Below, one piece after another: positions 25,015 to 37,572 of a stretch of 59,148 nt of DNA. This DNA comes from Octopus sinensis (Eukaryota). Under the pieces are notes generated by a model that searched no databases, was not told the DNA's origin, and was given only the letters and a program-made list of their open reading frames with translations. The translations under genes and the position numbers were made by a program. The stretch is from positions 1-59,148 of the forward strand of contig NW_021832992.1 in the NCBI RefSeq assembly GCF_006345805.1, in the 5' to 3' direction. Positions within the stretch are counted from its first letter, which is position 1. Each line of letters begins with the position of its first letter.

Positions 25015-25290
25015 GCTGTTATTGGTGTTACTATCATTGTGGTTGTTGTTGCTGTTGTTTTAGTTGATGACATTGCTGCTGGTGTTGTTATCATCATTGT
25101 TGATGTTACTATTGTTGTTGTAGTTGAGGAGGCTTTGGATGTCAATAGTGTTGTTGGTGGTGAAGGTGGTGGTGGCGGTGTGGGTGATGTTGTGGTTATT
25201 GTTGTTGGCATGGGGAATGTTATGGTTATTGTTATTGTCATTGTTGTTGTTATTATCATTACCATTGTTGTTATTGTTTTGGTTTTGTAT
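25015..25290. repeat. Degenerate (GTT/GGT/ATT)n trinucleotide low-complexity tract
   Basis: Direct inspection. Confidence 0.85.
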
Positions 25291-26663
25291 GTTTATGTTG
25301 CCCTAATCTCCACCTTATTTTGAAGAATGTTTTTTCACTCTCAGACAGACAAGCAATTTTGTTGACTTTCTTATATGTAGTGAATTTCGGTGGCAGCTCT
25401 ATGTTATACATTTTGTTCGCATCTAACTTTACTGTGCCGTATATTCCAGGGGTGTATAGTTGTTACTGTTGGTGGTGGTGGTATTGTTTTTCTGTGTACT
25501 GCCATCAAAGTCCTCTGGTAGTTTACACTCTGACATGGTATTCCTGTCGATATTGTTCGGGTATCTGTGTTGATTCTTACCATTCTGTGATTGTTATTGC
25601 TGTTTCATCCACTTGAGTTTGTTGTTAAAGTGTCTGTTGCAGGCATGGTTTACTTGGCAGTATTCTTGTTGGATGAGTTCCATGAATCTGTCTCTTTCAT
25701 ATGTGTGGTGGTGTTTTTCAGTTCATGCTGTAGGATCCCCTTTTGTTTCTCGTGCTGGTTGATTTCTGTGTATATTTTCTTTTGGATGTTTAGTTTTAGT
25801 TTTCTTGCCTGGTGTTCTGTGAGTCTGAGCCACTTAACAGCTGAATTAACTGATTTCACATATAGCCTGGAGGAAATGCATACATTAACGAAGTGGAGCT
25901 GTTAGATGGCTATCTTGATTTTTAGGCAGCAGAACAGTGTCTTGCTAGCTTGGTTAGAGCTTATTTAATTTCGTTTTTGTATCTGGTTTGCAAGATTCTT
26001 TATGTGAATTTATGTGTTGAAACAAATTTTTTTGTGTCTAGGGAGACTCATCATGCCAATATAATTAAAACACACACTGGTCCAATTCCACCCATTTATT
26101 AAATATGCAATTGTTTTGTTTTTGCTTGTCAAAGCTTTTTTGTTGCTTTTTGCAACTTTCTCAGTGACTATCGACTTAGTCTGTTATAGAGGCTGTGTTT
26201 GTTTGTTTGAGATTTTGTTGCATGCATGTGTGTGCCTGCCAGCTTGTGTATGTATGGATGTATTCTGCATATTCATGTGTTTATGTGTGCCTGTGCTTGT
26301 GTGTTTCTGTATGTGTGTGTTTGTGTGTGTACCTCTGCTTCCTTGTGTTTGAGTGTGTGTATAAGTTTGTGTGAGTATGCATGTGTGTATGTGGAGTGTG
26401 TGTATGTATATGTAGTCCCGTGTTTCTGTCTCCTTATGTATGTGTGCGTGCTTGTCTGTCCATATTACCTATGTACCTACCTACTTACCTACATATCTAT
26501 CTGTCTACCTACCTGCCTGTCTGTTTACCTACTTGACTGGTTACTTACAAATGTATCTATGTATGTATACTCTGTGGGTGGTATCTGTGGCATTGGAGTA
26601 TCTCTACCTTTTACATGTATTTCCTATTTAGTATGGGTAATGTTTCAGTTATGAGGACATACT

Positions 26664-27005
26664 CTAATATTTGTCTAAGTGATGGGTCTTTTGGGTACTT
26701 GGACAAAATCTAGGTGTCAATTCAGCCCAGTGTTCCACCATGTTAGTCTCTGGCATGTTTATATCGTATAGAGGACAGTGCTCATTCAGTCCCTTTGCTA
26801 TGCTCCTAGAGGTTTTCCTAATGCATGCTGTATTTCTGTCCTTACTCACTCCTATATACCTTATGCTGTAGACTACATTTCTAGTTTTACAGTTAATATC
26901 AGGGTTAATCTTATATACTATCCAGTTCTCATTAGTGCATGTCATATTTTCAGAGGGTTTATATCCTATATAACTATGATCTGATGGAGCTCCCTGGCTT
27001 CTCAA
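26664..27005 (-). mobile_element. Penelope-like GIY-YIG fragment, same family as 22620-22810
   Basis: CTNENWIVYKINPDINCKTRNVVYSI...GLNEH. Confidence 0.7.
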
Positions 27006-27299
27006 CGATCTTAATGTTGAGATGCAAATAAGGATGATGGCCAGATAGCCTGTTTGGAAATAAAGAAATTTTCAATAAGAATGCACCCTACTATAATGCC
27101 ACTTTAGTCACTACTGGTCACAGGGCTAAAATTCAATACACATGTATTGATGGAGGTCTGTCTAGAAACTCAATAAACGACAATAACAATAACCATTTAA
27201 CCCATAATAGTCACAACAACATGACAAACAATACCAACAAACCCAGAAAAATAACAAGAACAAGTGAGCTAGCAGTAAAACCAGACCTAAAACTGGGGT

Positions 27300-27920
27300 G
27301 AAAGCTACGGGTGGTACACAGAAAAATGACAGTCAATAACAAATGCTCATGCTGGGACAAAACTAAATGCCCTTTGCAGAACTTCTGTATGTGTTGGAAT
27401 GTAATGTAAAAATGCACTGTGAACATCAGAGGAGCCCCATTTGTGTATATTGGCAGCTCTGCTGATATTTTCAAAAATAGATATAGAAGCCACATCACCA
27501 GCTTCAAAAAGGTCAACAAAAAATACTCAACATGAATGGCCGATTTCATCTGGAAACTGAAAGATGAGAAGGTTAGATATGACTTGACTTGGTCAATAGT
27601 AAGACATGCAAGTCCATACAACACCCTTTCCAGGAAATTCCAACAATGTTCTAAGGAATTGTTCATACTGTTGACCAAGGATAGGATTATTAATAGTCTT
27701 TTAGAGAGATTGGTAAGGTGTTTGCACACAAACAAGCATACATTTTCACAGTACAATAGAAACAGGATATAAGGTTTACACATTAACTACAGAAAGCACA
27801 ATGGTTAGATAATCTAAACATCCACCACCAAGCAAAAACATCCTGCTAGACAACCTTGGAACCTACTCCACTGAATAACCTGATGGCTCTGCTATACCAT
27901 GTAAAGTGAACATTAATACT
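27300..27920 (+). mobile_element. Penelope-like (Naiad-type) GIY-YIG fragment
   Basis: KCPLQNFC..NV..KCTV...VYIGSS..FKNRYRSHITSF...FIWKLK...LTWSIV. Confidence 0.72.
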
Positions 27921-28147
27921 GACTGTACACTGTCCTGATTACATATAGTTTTGTCCTTGTAAATTGTGTTAGAAGCAAAGAAAGAATATACCAATGTATG
28001 CATAAAAAATGGCTAACTCCCCACCACGGTATGATATGTGTAATATGTTATATGTTGTGAGTTGTATGTTATTGTGCTTGTGAATGTTATAAGTACAATT
28101 ATAGACAGTTTATCCCGATGTATGTACATCCTTATATTTCCATTTTA

Positions 28148-30560
28148 TCTATATCTATAAAAGGCAGGATGTGTGTGTGTGTACGTGAATGTAAATTATG
28201 TACGTCCACAAATTAGCATGCATAACGCTCCAATTTTAGGACGACATTCGTCACGACCCTAGCTGGGTTTTGTCAACTTATTTTTCCCGAGACATCCTCG
28301 GATAGCAGTAAAAATCGATTTTCATTCATAACTTTTACCAATTTTCACATTGTTTGCTAAAATGAGTTAAGACCCCTGCAGTGGCGACTATTATACAGAA
28401 AAAAGCAAAGATAAACTATTTAGTTTGCAAGATTCTTTATGTGAGTTCATGTGGTCTGAAAGAAATATATATATATATAGTTTTAATTATACAGAAAAGC
28501 AAAGATGAACCGCTCTGAAAGAAATGTATATATAGTATATGTATATATTTAATTTTTCTATATATTTCATTTTAAATGAAATCTTGAATGTTAGATGATT
28601 AATGTTGGTTTATTCAATTAGAAAACAAAAACCAAATGACGATGTAATTAGCAACTAGCATATTTCGTTTCTTAATTTCTGTTTCTGTTAATATTTAAAT
28701 TCTTTATTTGACTTATTTTAAGCCACAACATATTTATTTCTGTTTTTGAAATTCTCTGTATGTACTTTTGCTTTCTTGGCGATCGTAGCAAATCGATGAC
28801 TTTGTGCTGTAGCTGTTTTTCTTCCTATGTGATTTAAAGCATTTTTCAACATTAGAAACAAGTTCCAAACATGTTATTCAAGTTCGCCACTCAAAACAAC
28901 TCAAATGGGATAAAGAGTACACACATCACAACAACAACAGCAAGTGCATGTGTGTGTGTAGACTTATAATATATCCTATTGTTAAGAAAATTTTACACAA
29001 TCATTCAATAAAACTCAAATGGGATAAACTGTGCAATGGGACCTGCTTGGTAGTCAAGTTCCTGATGCCCCACTTTATTGAAGCCACCATTGTTATGGGT
29101 TACAGGAGGGGGGAAATGTTTTCATTTCAAGGATGCACCTTTATCCCACGGGGTCAGACATGCTGTTTAACATCCGCAGATTGCCATGTCCATCAACAAA
29201 TCCCAAGGCCAAACACTATCATCCATTTGGGGGAGCCGTGCTTTTCACATGGGCAACTTTATGTGGCTTGCTCCTGTGTGGGGAGTAGAAACACTCTTTT
29301 TGTGTATGCCCCACAGGGCAGAACATGCAATGTTGTCTATAGCGAAGTTTTATAGACATAGAAAGAAGAACAAATCATCACTGCAGCTGATATGTTTATA
29401 AATAGGTGATAGGGAAGCATTGGCCAGACATATTCTCAAACCATGGCAGCATGACTCATGAACTCTTCCTCTTCTTTATTGGACAATGCTGACTTCAACA
29501 ACAATGCTCACTTGGCCGATATCAGTGCTTGACCAAGTTGCTCATAGAGTTAGGCTAGAAAGGCTAGGCCCCTTATTTTTTTGTTAAGGCTGTTGGTGAG
29601 TTTTCTTAAGTTACTCGAATCCGGATCCCCAATGCAAACTTTTGAATCAACCTTCTCCAATGCAGATCTCTAATGCAACCTTATCCAATCCAAATCTTTG
29701 AGTCAACCTTCTTCACTGCAGATCTCCAATGCAAACCTTCGATGCATCCTTATCCAATGCAAACCTTCAATGCAACCTTCTCCAATGCAGATCTTCAATG
29801 CAACCTTCTCTAATGCAGATCTTCAATGCAACCTTCTCTAATGCATATTTTCAATGCAGCCTTGATTGATAGTACCCCTAGGAGGGGTTAGGACTAGATC
29901 GGGATTAGTTGCTGTCTTTTAGAGGCTCCAGGGCCCCCTTTTGCTAGGTTAGCTTAGGCTTAGGTTAAGGCTGAGTTGTGATCCGAACATAACCTCTTCT
30001 GACACAGAGGATCGGGAGCCCCTTTGGGCATTCTATTTTCCTTGCTGGAAGGGCTCCCAACCCATGGTCCAGGGTCGGGGGGTGGGGATGATAGGGGCAA
30101 ACTCCTAACCCATGCGTTCCATTCGTGACAATGATTCTGCAGAACTGGGTTGGGTATGAAAACCAACTTTAAAGTATAAATATAGATTTTTTGAATCAAC
30201 AAATGTTGTGTTCGGTTAAGTCCCATTTGGAGTGAAAAATCAATAAACTGATTCCTTATAGGGTTTTCTATTCAATCAGGATGAAAAATCAATAAATCGA
30301 TTCCTTATAGAATTTCCCACTAAAATTGGCTACACCCCATTTTCAATCATAACTTTTACAAGTTTTGTTCAAACTTGATACTATCATTACTTAGACTCAT
30401 GGGATCTTTGAATGCTTTAAATCCCCCCCAAAAACAATCGATGACTGGAAAAATCAATAAAACGATTCCTTATGGATTTCCCAATCAAATTGTCTGCAAC
30501 CTATGTTCAGCCAAACATTTACCAATTTTAACAGAATTTGCTCAAATTTGACGTCGGTGT
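28148..30560 (+). mobile_element. Helitron derivative with PIF1-type helicase C-terminal remnant; 3' end missing
   Basis: 5' TCTATATCTATAAAAGGCAG similar to 14079; helicase motifs at 29025-29355; ~28-bp tandem repeat at 29630-29860. Confidence 0.82.
29025..29355 (+). pseudogene. Helitron RepHel PIF1-like helicase C-terminus, frameshifted
   Basis: KLCNGT.LVVK.LMPHFIEATI; AMSINKSQGQTL; PCFSHGQLYVACS; NVVYSEVL. Confidence 0.88.
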
Positions 30561-31317
30561 AACTATATCCATAAAAAACGTATAAAACTATATCATCACC
30601 CTCAAATTTGAGAAACAAGCACTCATAACTTTTTCTTTTAAAACTACATTGCATGAGATTCATACAATGAAATTCTTTGAATTTAGCTCTATCATTTAAG
30701 CGTAATTAATGTATAGTTTGTTTTTAAAATAAAAAAGTTTATAGTTAAATCCAATTTTTTGCTTATATTTTTTCCATGATATTTTACCTCACAACTTTTT
30801 TGATAGAAATTTTTGTTGCATAGGAACAAAACTGTGAAATTTTTCATGCTTTCTTCTATCATTGAAGCTAAGATAAATATATTTTACTTTTAAAATAAAA
30901 AAGTTGTTTAGATCTAAACTTGTTTGGTGGCATTACTTACTCTTACTATAATGTTGCTACAAATTTTGATGTAAGCTTTTTTCTACTAGATCAAATCTCA
31001 ATTTGTTTATGCTAAAGTGTAGCTAGGGACTAGTACTCTTCAAAAATGTTAACAGTTTTCAATTTGGTTAAGAAGTGAATTAGCAACAAGCTCTGAAAGA
31101 TGCTGCATGTGAGTAAATTGTGGCCTTAAGAATATTTTTCAACTGCTACTGTAGTTGAATGATAAAACCCAAGTTTGTCAGTCAAAGACAGTTATTTCTG
31201 AATGAGAAAGTGTTCTTGATGACTACATTTAATGTCTGATGCTTCTTTTTTAAGTATTAAACTTTTATCATATTTTATTAATATATTTATAGACTTGTAT
31301 TTTTTAATTTTTTTCAG

Positions 31318-31521
31318 ATTTTATGAGCATGAATTTTTTTGGTTGGTTGTTGAGAAATTCTGGAGCTTTTTATATTCAACGTAGCTTTGGAGATAACCAA
31401 CTTTACTGGGCAGTATTTACAGAATACGTTCAAACACAGATTGCAAATAGTGATAGACCACTTGAGTTTTTTCCAGAGGGAACTAGAAGTAGAACTGCTA
31501 AATCTTTGTGTCCTAAATATG
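31318..31521 (+). CDS. GNPAT: Internal coding exon of dihydroxyacetone phosphate acyltransferase (glyceronephosphate O-acyltransferase)
   Basis: Polypyrimidine ttttttttcAG acceptor, G|GTAATT donor, phase 1-1, 204 nt; [69 protein letters not shown] has acyltransferase motifs II (GAF.I.R) and III (FFPEGTRSR) plus the GNPAT-like LYWAVF.EY. Confidence 0.9.
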
Positions 31522-32799
31522 GTAATTCTTTGCTTTATTATATATATCTTTTTTTATAATTAAAACAAAATTATGCTTTTTATTCCTTCTACACTAATTA
31601 GCAGAAATAGATCTAAGAATGTAATAATTTTAAATTAAGCTATCTTTTAATTCAAATTACTGTATATTTAATTTTTTATTGATATCAAATCCAAATATCC
31701 TATTTGTTTGCTTTTATTTCTTTTCTCATTAAGTAACTGTTTATTTTTTATAGGTTATATAGAGATTTACAAATGATATCAGCTGTTGATATTGTTTTTC
31801 TTTATTACTGCTGTCATAAATCACAAATGCTTTAATTTGTGCTGATGGCTTTCAAGTTTTACATAAATACTTTGTTTTATTCTGGATCATAAACTAGTCT
31901 TTCTTACTCTTGTAATATTAAATGTTTACAGATTGTTGATTGTTATCAAAAAAATTTCACACCATCCACTGTACTATTCTTTCCAGGCTTTTACTTTCTA
32001 AATGCTTGAAATTCCCACCATCATTCATTATGTGTGTGTGCGTATATGTACATACTTTTATTAAAGCTGCAAAAATCTTCACAAACTGTTACTCAGAATT
32101 TCATGTTTCTGTTTAGAGTTTTACACTTCCAGACAGTTTTAATGAATACTGAATTAAAACTGTGATGATACATGTATTATAATATGATATAATATAATCC
32201 AATTCAACGAATAAGCATTTAAATTTGACTGGATGGTTGATTTTCAAAACATAACTGTGTGGTTTTTGTTACCAGATGGGTGGGTGGGGCATGTGAAAAA
32301 TAACAGTAAAATGTGAATATATTATAATATTATAAGATCTTGTGTAAAATGTGGGGAATGTATATCCAGAAAAGAATTAATAATTAAATTGAATGAATAG
32401 GATTGCCAGCTGGGTGTTTGAAAGGTGAGATTATAGTAGAATATAAATGAAAAACCATGGATGAAAAATTCAATAACGAGCACATGATGCACGGTACATA
32501 GATAAATAATGACATATACAGACATACATACTTACATGTACATACATATATAGACAAAGCATATACACATATATAACCTATACACACACAGCACATATAT
32601 GTACATATATTTACAAGTACAGATATATATATATACGTATACATACACATGTACACCAAATCTACATTGTATATACACGCATAAAAATTTTGCAAGTAAA
32701 AGAAAAGGAAAAGAAAGAGGAGAAATGATGATAGTGATATTTGATTGTGTGGGTGAGGTGGGGAAAGAGAAAGTAAAGTAAGGAAGAGGATAAAAAGGC

Positions 32800-33430
32800 A
32801 TTTAAGGTATTTGTGTTAGGAGAATTTGTTGGATAAATTGGAAAATGGCAATCAGTGATGTGGAGGTACTTGAGAGAAGTGGTAGTAGGAGTGTAGAATT
32901 GATGATTCTACAAAGTTGTTGGAGATGGAGTGGACATCTGGTGAGAATGAGTGATGAAAGACTTTCTAAGCAACTTTTGTATGGTGAGCAAGAAGATGGT
33001 AAGAGGCCAGCACATAAACCCAAAATGAGGATCAAGGACTGCCTCAGAATTGCCCTGACATAGACAGGAGTTTCAGTTGTTGATTGGGAGAGAGAGGCAC
33101 AAGACTGAAATGGATGGCAGAAAAGAGTGCACAGTGGTTGTTTGAAGTTTGAAAGAGAGAGAATGAAGCAGAAGAAGATCAAGAGAAGGCTTAGAAATAA
33201 TGAACCCGTGGAAAACAAGAGAGTATTGCTTTTTATGTGTGTGATTTGTGGTTATAAGAAGGGAGAGGGGAGTAAGCTGGGAGGAAATACTTGAGACATG
33301 CAGGCCTGGTCAGCCATCAGAGAAGTTACAGGAATCAACCCATTGTAAACTGTAATACGGCTATTGTTCACAACAGTGTGTGTGCAACCTGTGGAAAGGT
33401 GTGCCTTTCAGTTGAAGGATTGAAAAGGCA
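32800..33430 (+). mobile_element. Decayed RTE/BovB-type LINE C-terminal fragment, distinct family
   Basis: ISDVEVLERSG..SVELMI..WRWSGHLVRMSDERLSKQLLYGE..GKR..KPKMRIKD. Confidence 0.8.
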
Positions 33431-33739
33431 TGTCTAAAGACTTCATATTGTGGCACTTGTTCTCTCTGCCTGCCAACACAGCTGTGCATTATGCAATAGA
33501 ATGTGCAAATCTCTGGCCAGACTCAAGAGTCATACAAGGGCCTAATATTGCATCATCAATGACTCATTTCAATATTTACATATTTACTGGACCTGTGGAA
33601 AATTCATGGAAAACAAAAAATGTAAGCATCTGTAAATTGTGATGGTGCCAAGAGAAATGTTTCTGTATTGTGACAAGAATATAGAAAGAAGTGTAAAACC
33701 GATAACTATATAATCCAACCAGAATGTCTCAGTTACACA

Positions 33740-34930
33740 AAAGTAAACAGAATTACTATTTAGCCTTAAAATACATTGTACATATTCAAGGAATCTCCTT
33801 GGTTTAGTGGTATGGAACATTCTTTAGTGGTACAGAATGGTCAAGCAGCTACTTCAGGACCCATTCATAATGCCATAAGGACTGTGTGAGGCAGCTTTTG
33901 CCTGCACGGAAGCCATGCTGATTATCATTCAGCATGTGATTTTCTTTTAGGAATGTAATCTGTTTCTGTCTGATGATTCACTCCATGACTTTGCTGATAT
34001 GTGAAGTCAGAGAGATGGGTCTGTAGTTTTTGACTTTTGCTCTGCTTCCACCTTTATGGATAGGGCATACGATGCCTTCTTTTAGCTTTTTGGCAAGTTT
34101 ACCACTTGCAAGGAAACTCTGGAAGAGTATCTGAAGTGTTCCTACTAATTCTTGTTTACATGACTTTAAGAGAATAACTGGGAAACCATCAGGGCTGGTT
34201 GCTGTGTTTCAGCTCATTTCATCTATGGCTGCTATTACATCTTCCTCTTCAATTCAATGTAGTTAATGGCTGCTGCCTTTTCCTGCAGGGTTGCATAGTC
34301 AAAGAAATCAGCTGGGTTTTTTTTATCTGCATGTGACTCAGTGGAGAGATGAAGACACTTTTAAATTTTACACTGAGCACTTCACTTATCCATCTGGGGT
34401 CTGCATTCAATTGGAGCAGGAGTCCTATTTTGTACTGTACTGTGGTGGTATCTTTTTCAAATTCATAGAAAGCCTAAGGGTTTGTTTTTATGCTTTCTAC
34501 AGCTCTCTTCTCCTTTTCATGGGAGAGTTTAATTTTGTTTTCAATTTCCAGCAGTGTCTGTCTTAATGTAGCCTTTTTACTATCCTTCAGTTCTCTATTC
34601 AACTGGTTTGAGACCTTTGTTCTGTGCCTCAATAAGGGTTTTCCTGTCTCTGGGGATCCTAATTATATGTATGCTAGCCTTTCTTTCTGGCACATATTTG
34701 GTGCATATAGCTTGCACAGTTGACATAAAGTGACATAGTTTTAGGTCATTGTCTTGTATAGACAGGCTGTCAGGCCAGTTTTGATTGTGGATCTCTTTGC
34801 AGATTGATTTCCAGTTTGCTTTGTGGAAATTTAGGTTGGATATGGCTTGAGTTCTCCTAATTGGGTGGATGTCAGCTGTTTGCCTGGGACCATATGTTGT
34901 TAATTCTATAATGTTATGATCTGAAAGGGT
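33740..34930 (-). mobile_element. CR1-group LINE ORF2 fragment
   Basis: Minus strand PIHKGGSRAKVKNYRPISLTSHISKVME; homologous to ~55490-56650. Confidence 0.8.
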
Positions 34931-34934
34931 TGTT

Positions 34935-34978
<44 letters not shown>

Positions 34979-34989
34979 TGTACATATAT

Positions 34990-35021
<32 letters not shown>

Positions 35022-35223
35022 ATGTAAAAGTTAAAAAAATACACAAACTGGGACAAGAATGTGAAACATTTAGAAGACGACACAAAAAACACGGACGGGA
35101 CTTTCGAAGCTCTCAGTCAAGAACCGGATCATCTTCGCAATTTCGGCTGATTAACACACATATATATACACACATATATATGCATACATATATACATACT
35201 CATATACACACACACACATACAT

Positions 35224-35540
35224 AGGTGCAGGTGTGGCTGTGTGGAAACAAACTTCGTTCCAAAACACATGGTCCTAGGTTCAGTCCTACTGTGTGGTGA
35301 CTTGGCATATGTCTTCTGCTATAGCCTTAGATCAACCAAAGCCTTGTCAGTGGATTTTGTAGACAGAAACTGAAAGAAATCATTCGTATATATATGTATG
35401 TATATATGCAAGTCTATGTGTGTGTGTGTCTTTGTGTTTCTCCCTCATCACTGCTTCACAACTGCTGTTTGTTTATTTACAGCCCCATAGCTTACTGGTT
35501 TCACAAGAAACTGATAGAATAAGTATCAGGCTTATCAAAA
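35224..35540 (+). mobile_element. tRNA-derived SINE, diverged
   Basis: ggtgcaggtgtggctgtgtgg...ggttcagtcc head. Confidence 0.78.
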
Positions 35541-35800
35541 TTTAAAAAAACCCACTGGGCAGTGTCTCATATTTTTGTTTGCCCACTCAGTTGTATCTAT
35601 TAATTTATCTTTGTGTGTGTATGTATGTATGTATATATATATAACTGTAAAATAATATGTGACAGATAAATTCCTCTATTTACATAATATTGAGGTCTCT
35701 TTTGTTATCTTACCGTTTTTACCAATAAATATATATAATACACACATGCACACACACACATATATATATATATACATGTATGTATATGTGCACATTCATA

Positions 35801-37447
35801 TCTATTATATCAAAGTCAATGTCTTTATGTGTTTGTGTGTTACTTATACATTCGAAAACTGCTGCACTGATCATAATGAAATTTGGAACACAAAATCGAA
35901 GCCTAGGGAGAAGGGTAATGCTGTGTGTTTCATACAATTTCATGGACCAAAATTACTGAATGGATCCTTATGATATTTGAAACTAATATTCAATGCATAA
36001 GAGTGGGTATGATGCAATATATTTGGTTTGAATTTCAGATGGCTTAAAGGGGGGCAGAACCCCTACGAAAATTCATAAATTTTCGATGTTGATGAAATTT
36101 CAACCATGGGTAATTGACACACATCAAGAAGTATTCTCAAAGTTTCCACTTCACATGAGGATTCTAAGACCTCTAATGGGGCCTTAACTCCCAAATTTTA
36201 GTAATTTCTTTTATGATCCAAAACTAGGTCAAAAGTACTGAGTGGATCTTTAGGAAATTTGGAAATTATATTCTATGCATAAAAGCCATAACCCCCATGA
36301 CAATTCATATATTTTTGCTGTTGATGAAATTTTAACCATACATATTAGATACAAATGAAGTAATATTTATAAAATTTCTTCTCCATACAAGTTACAAAGA
36401 CCCCTTCATGAGGAATTAACACCCACAATTTAGTCATTTTATCTAAGCAAAGACGAATACAGTTGTATTCTTGGAAGCTGTATGGTCACCCGAGTATAAA
36501 AGATGAGCATTATTTGTAATTCAGTGGTACAGTGTAAGAGTTTGCTTTCAGATATACTTAGATTGTAATTTCTGCAATGCGCTGCATAAATTGTCAAGTA
36601 AATGAGAGGCATATTTGACCTAACTGATTCAGTTGCAAAGTGTTGAGTAAAGTTATTTGATTGCAGACCTTTCAGTCTTTTTATTATCACTGGGTCACAC
36701 ATAGCCCTCAGATGGTAACATTGATTTCAAGGCCTTCCCAGATGAGTGACTGGTTATTCAAAGACATTTATAGATGGTAAATTTATTCTGTCCATGGTCA
36801 TTTGCAAATTCCAACTTTCATTTCTCCTTAGCCCTCACGTCACACACTTGTTAATGTTTATTTGAGTTGGGTCACGCCCTTCCAATTGCTATAGATTCAT
36901 AATGCATCTTACTGCTGTGCCTGTCACCTGGATGGTGACTACATTGGGAGTGGTAACGACTAGGGTGCTGTAGCTGACTGCTTATTGTGATGATTCATCT
37001 TTTGGTTTCCTGTAGCTTTGCTCTCTTTTATAAACCCAGTGAACATATATTTCCTATTTCAAAGAAATTCGAACAATAGATATAAGACCCAAGTTAAAAA
37101 GATTCTCAACAATTCAACTTCTCTGCTTGACATTAAGATGCCCATCCCCAATAGGGGTCTTAACTCTCATATTTTAGAGCTCCATGACCTCCATTTTTTA
37201 GGAGCAAAATCCTTTTAACAGGTTCTATGAAACTGGAATTTTGGAATCTGTGCATAAAAATCAGTAGTATGGGATACATGTGGCATGATTACAATTTTTT
37301 TAGGGTGTGTAAAGAGGGAAATAACTCTCATCTGCAATTTTGATGAAATTTGAAACATAGGTATTCCAGTTCATTACAGAAAATATAACAGAAAAGTCTA
37401 ATTCTTGAATTGCATATAATACGGGCAACACTGAGTAACTCTGCTAG
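35801..37447 (+). mobile_element. Non-autonomous Helitron
   Basis: A|TCTATTATATCAAAG start; acgggcaacactgagtaactctgCTAG|T end; internal ~235-bp duplication at 36060-36440. Confidence 0.7.
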
Positions 37448-37572
37448 TATATGATAATACATTTATCTAGATCACAAAAAGTACATAATAAATAAACAGT
37501 ATATAATTATTAAAAAGACTACGATCCAAAAACTATTCAATTTAAAAGTATAGTCACTCCTCAGGACAACAA

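Noticed and set aside
29025-29355. Host PIF1 helicase gene
   Set aside because: Frameshifted fragment inside an element with a Helitron 5' end
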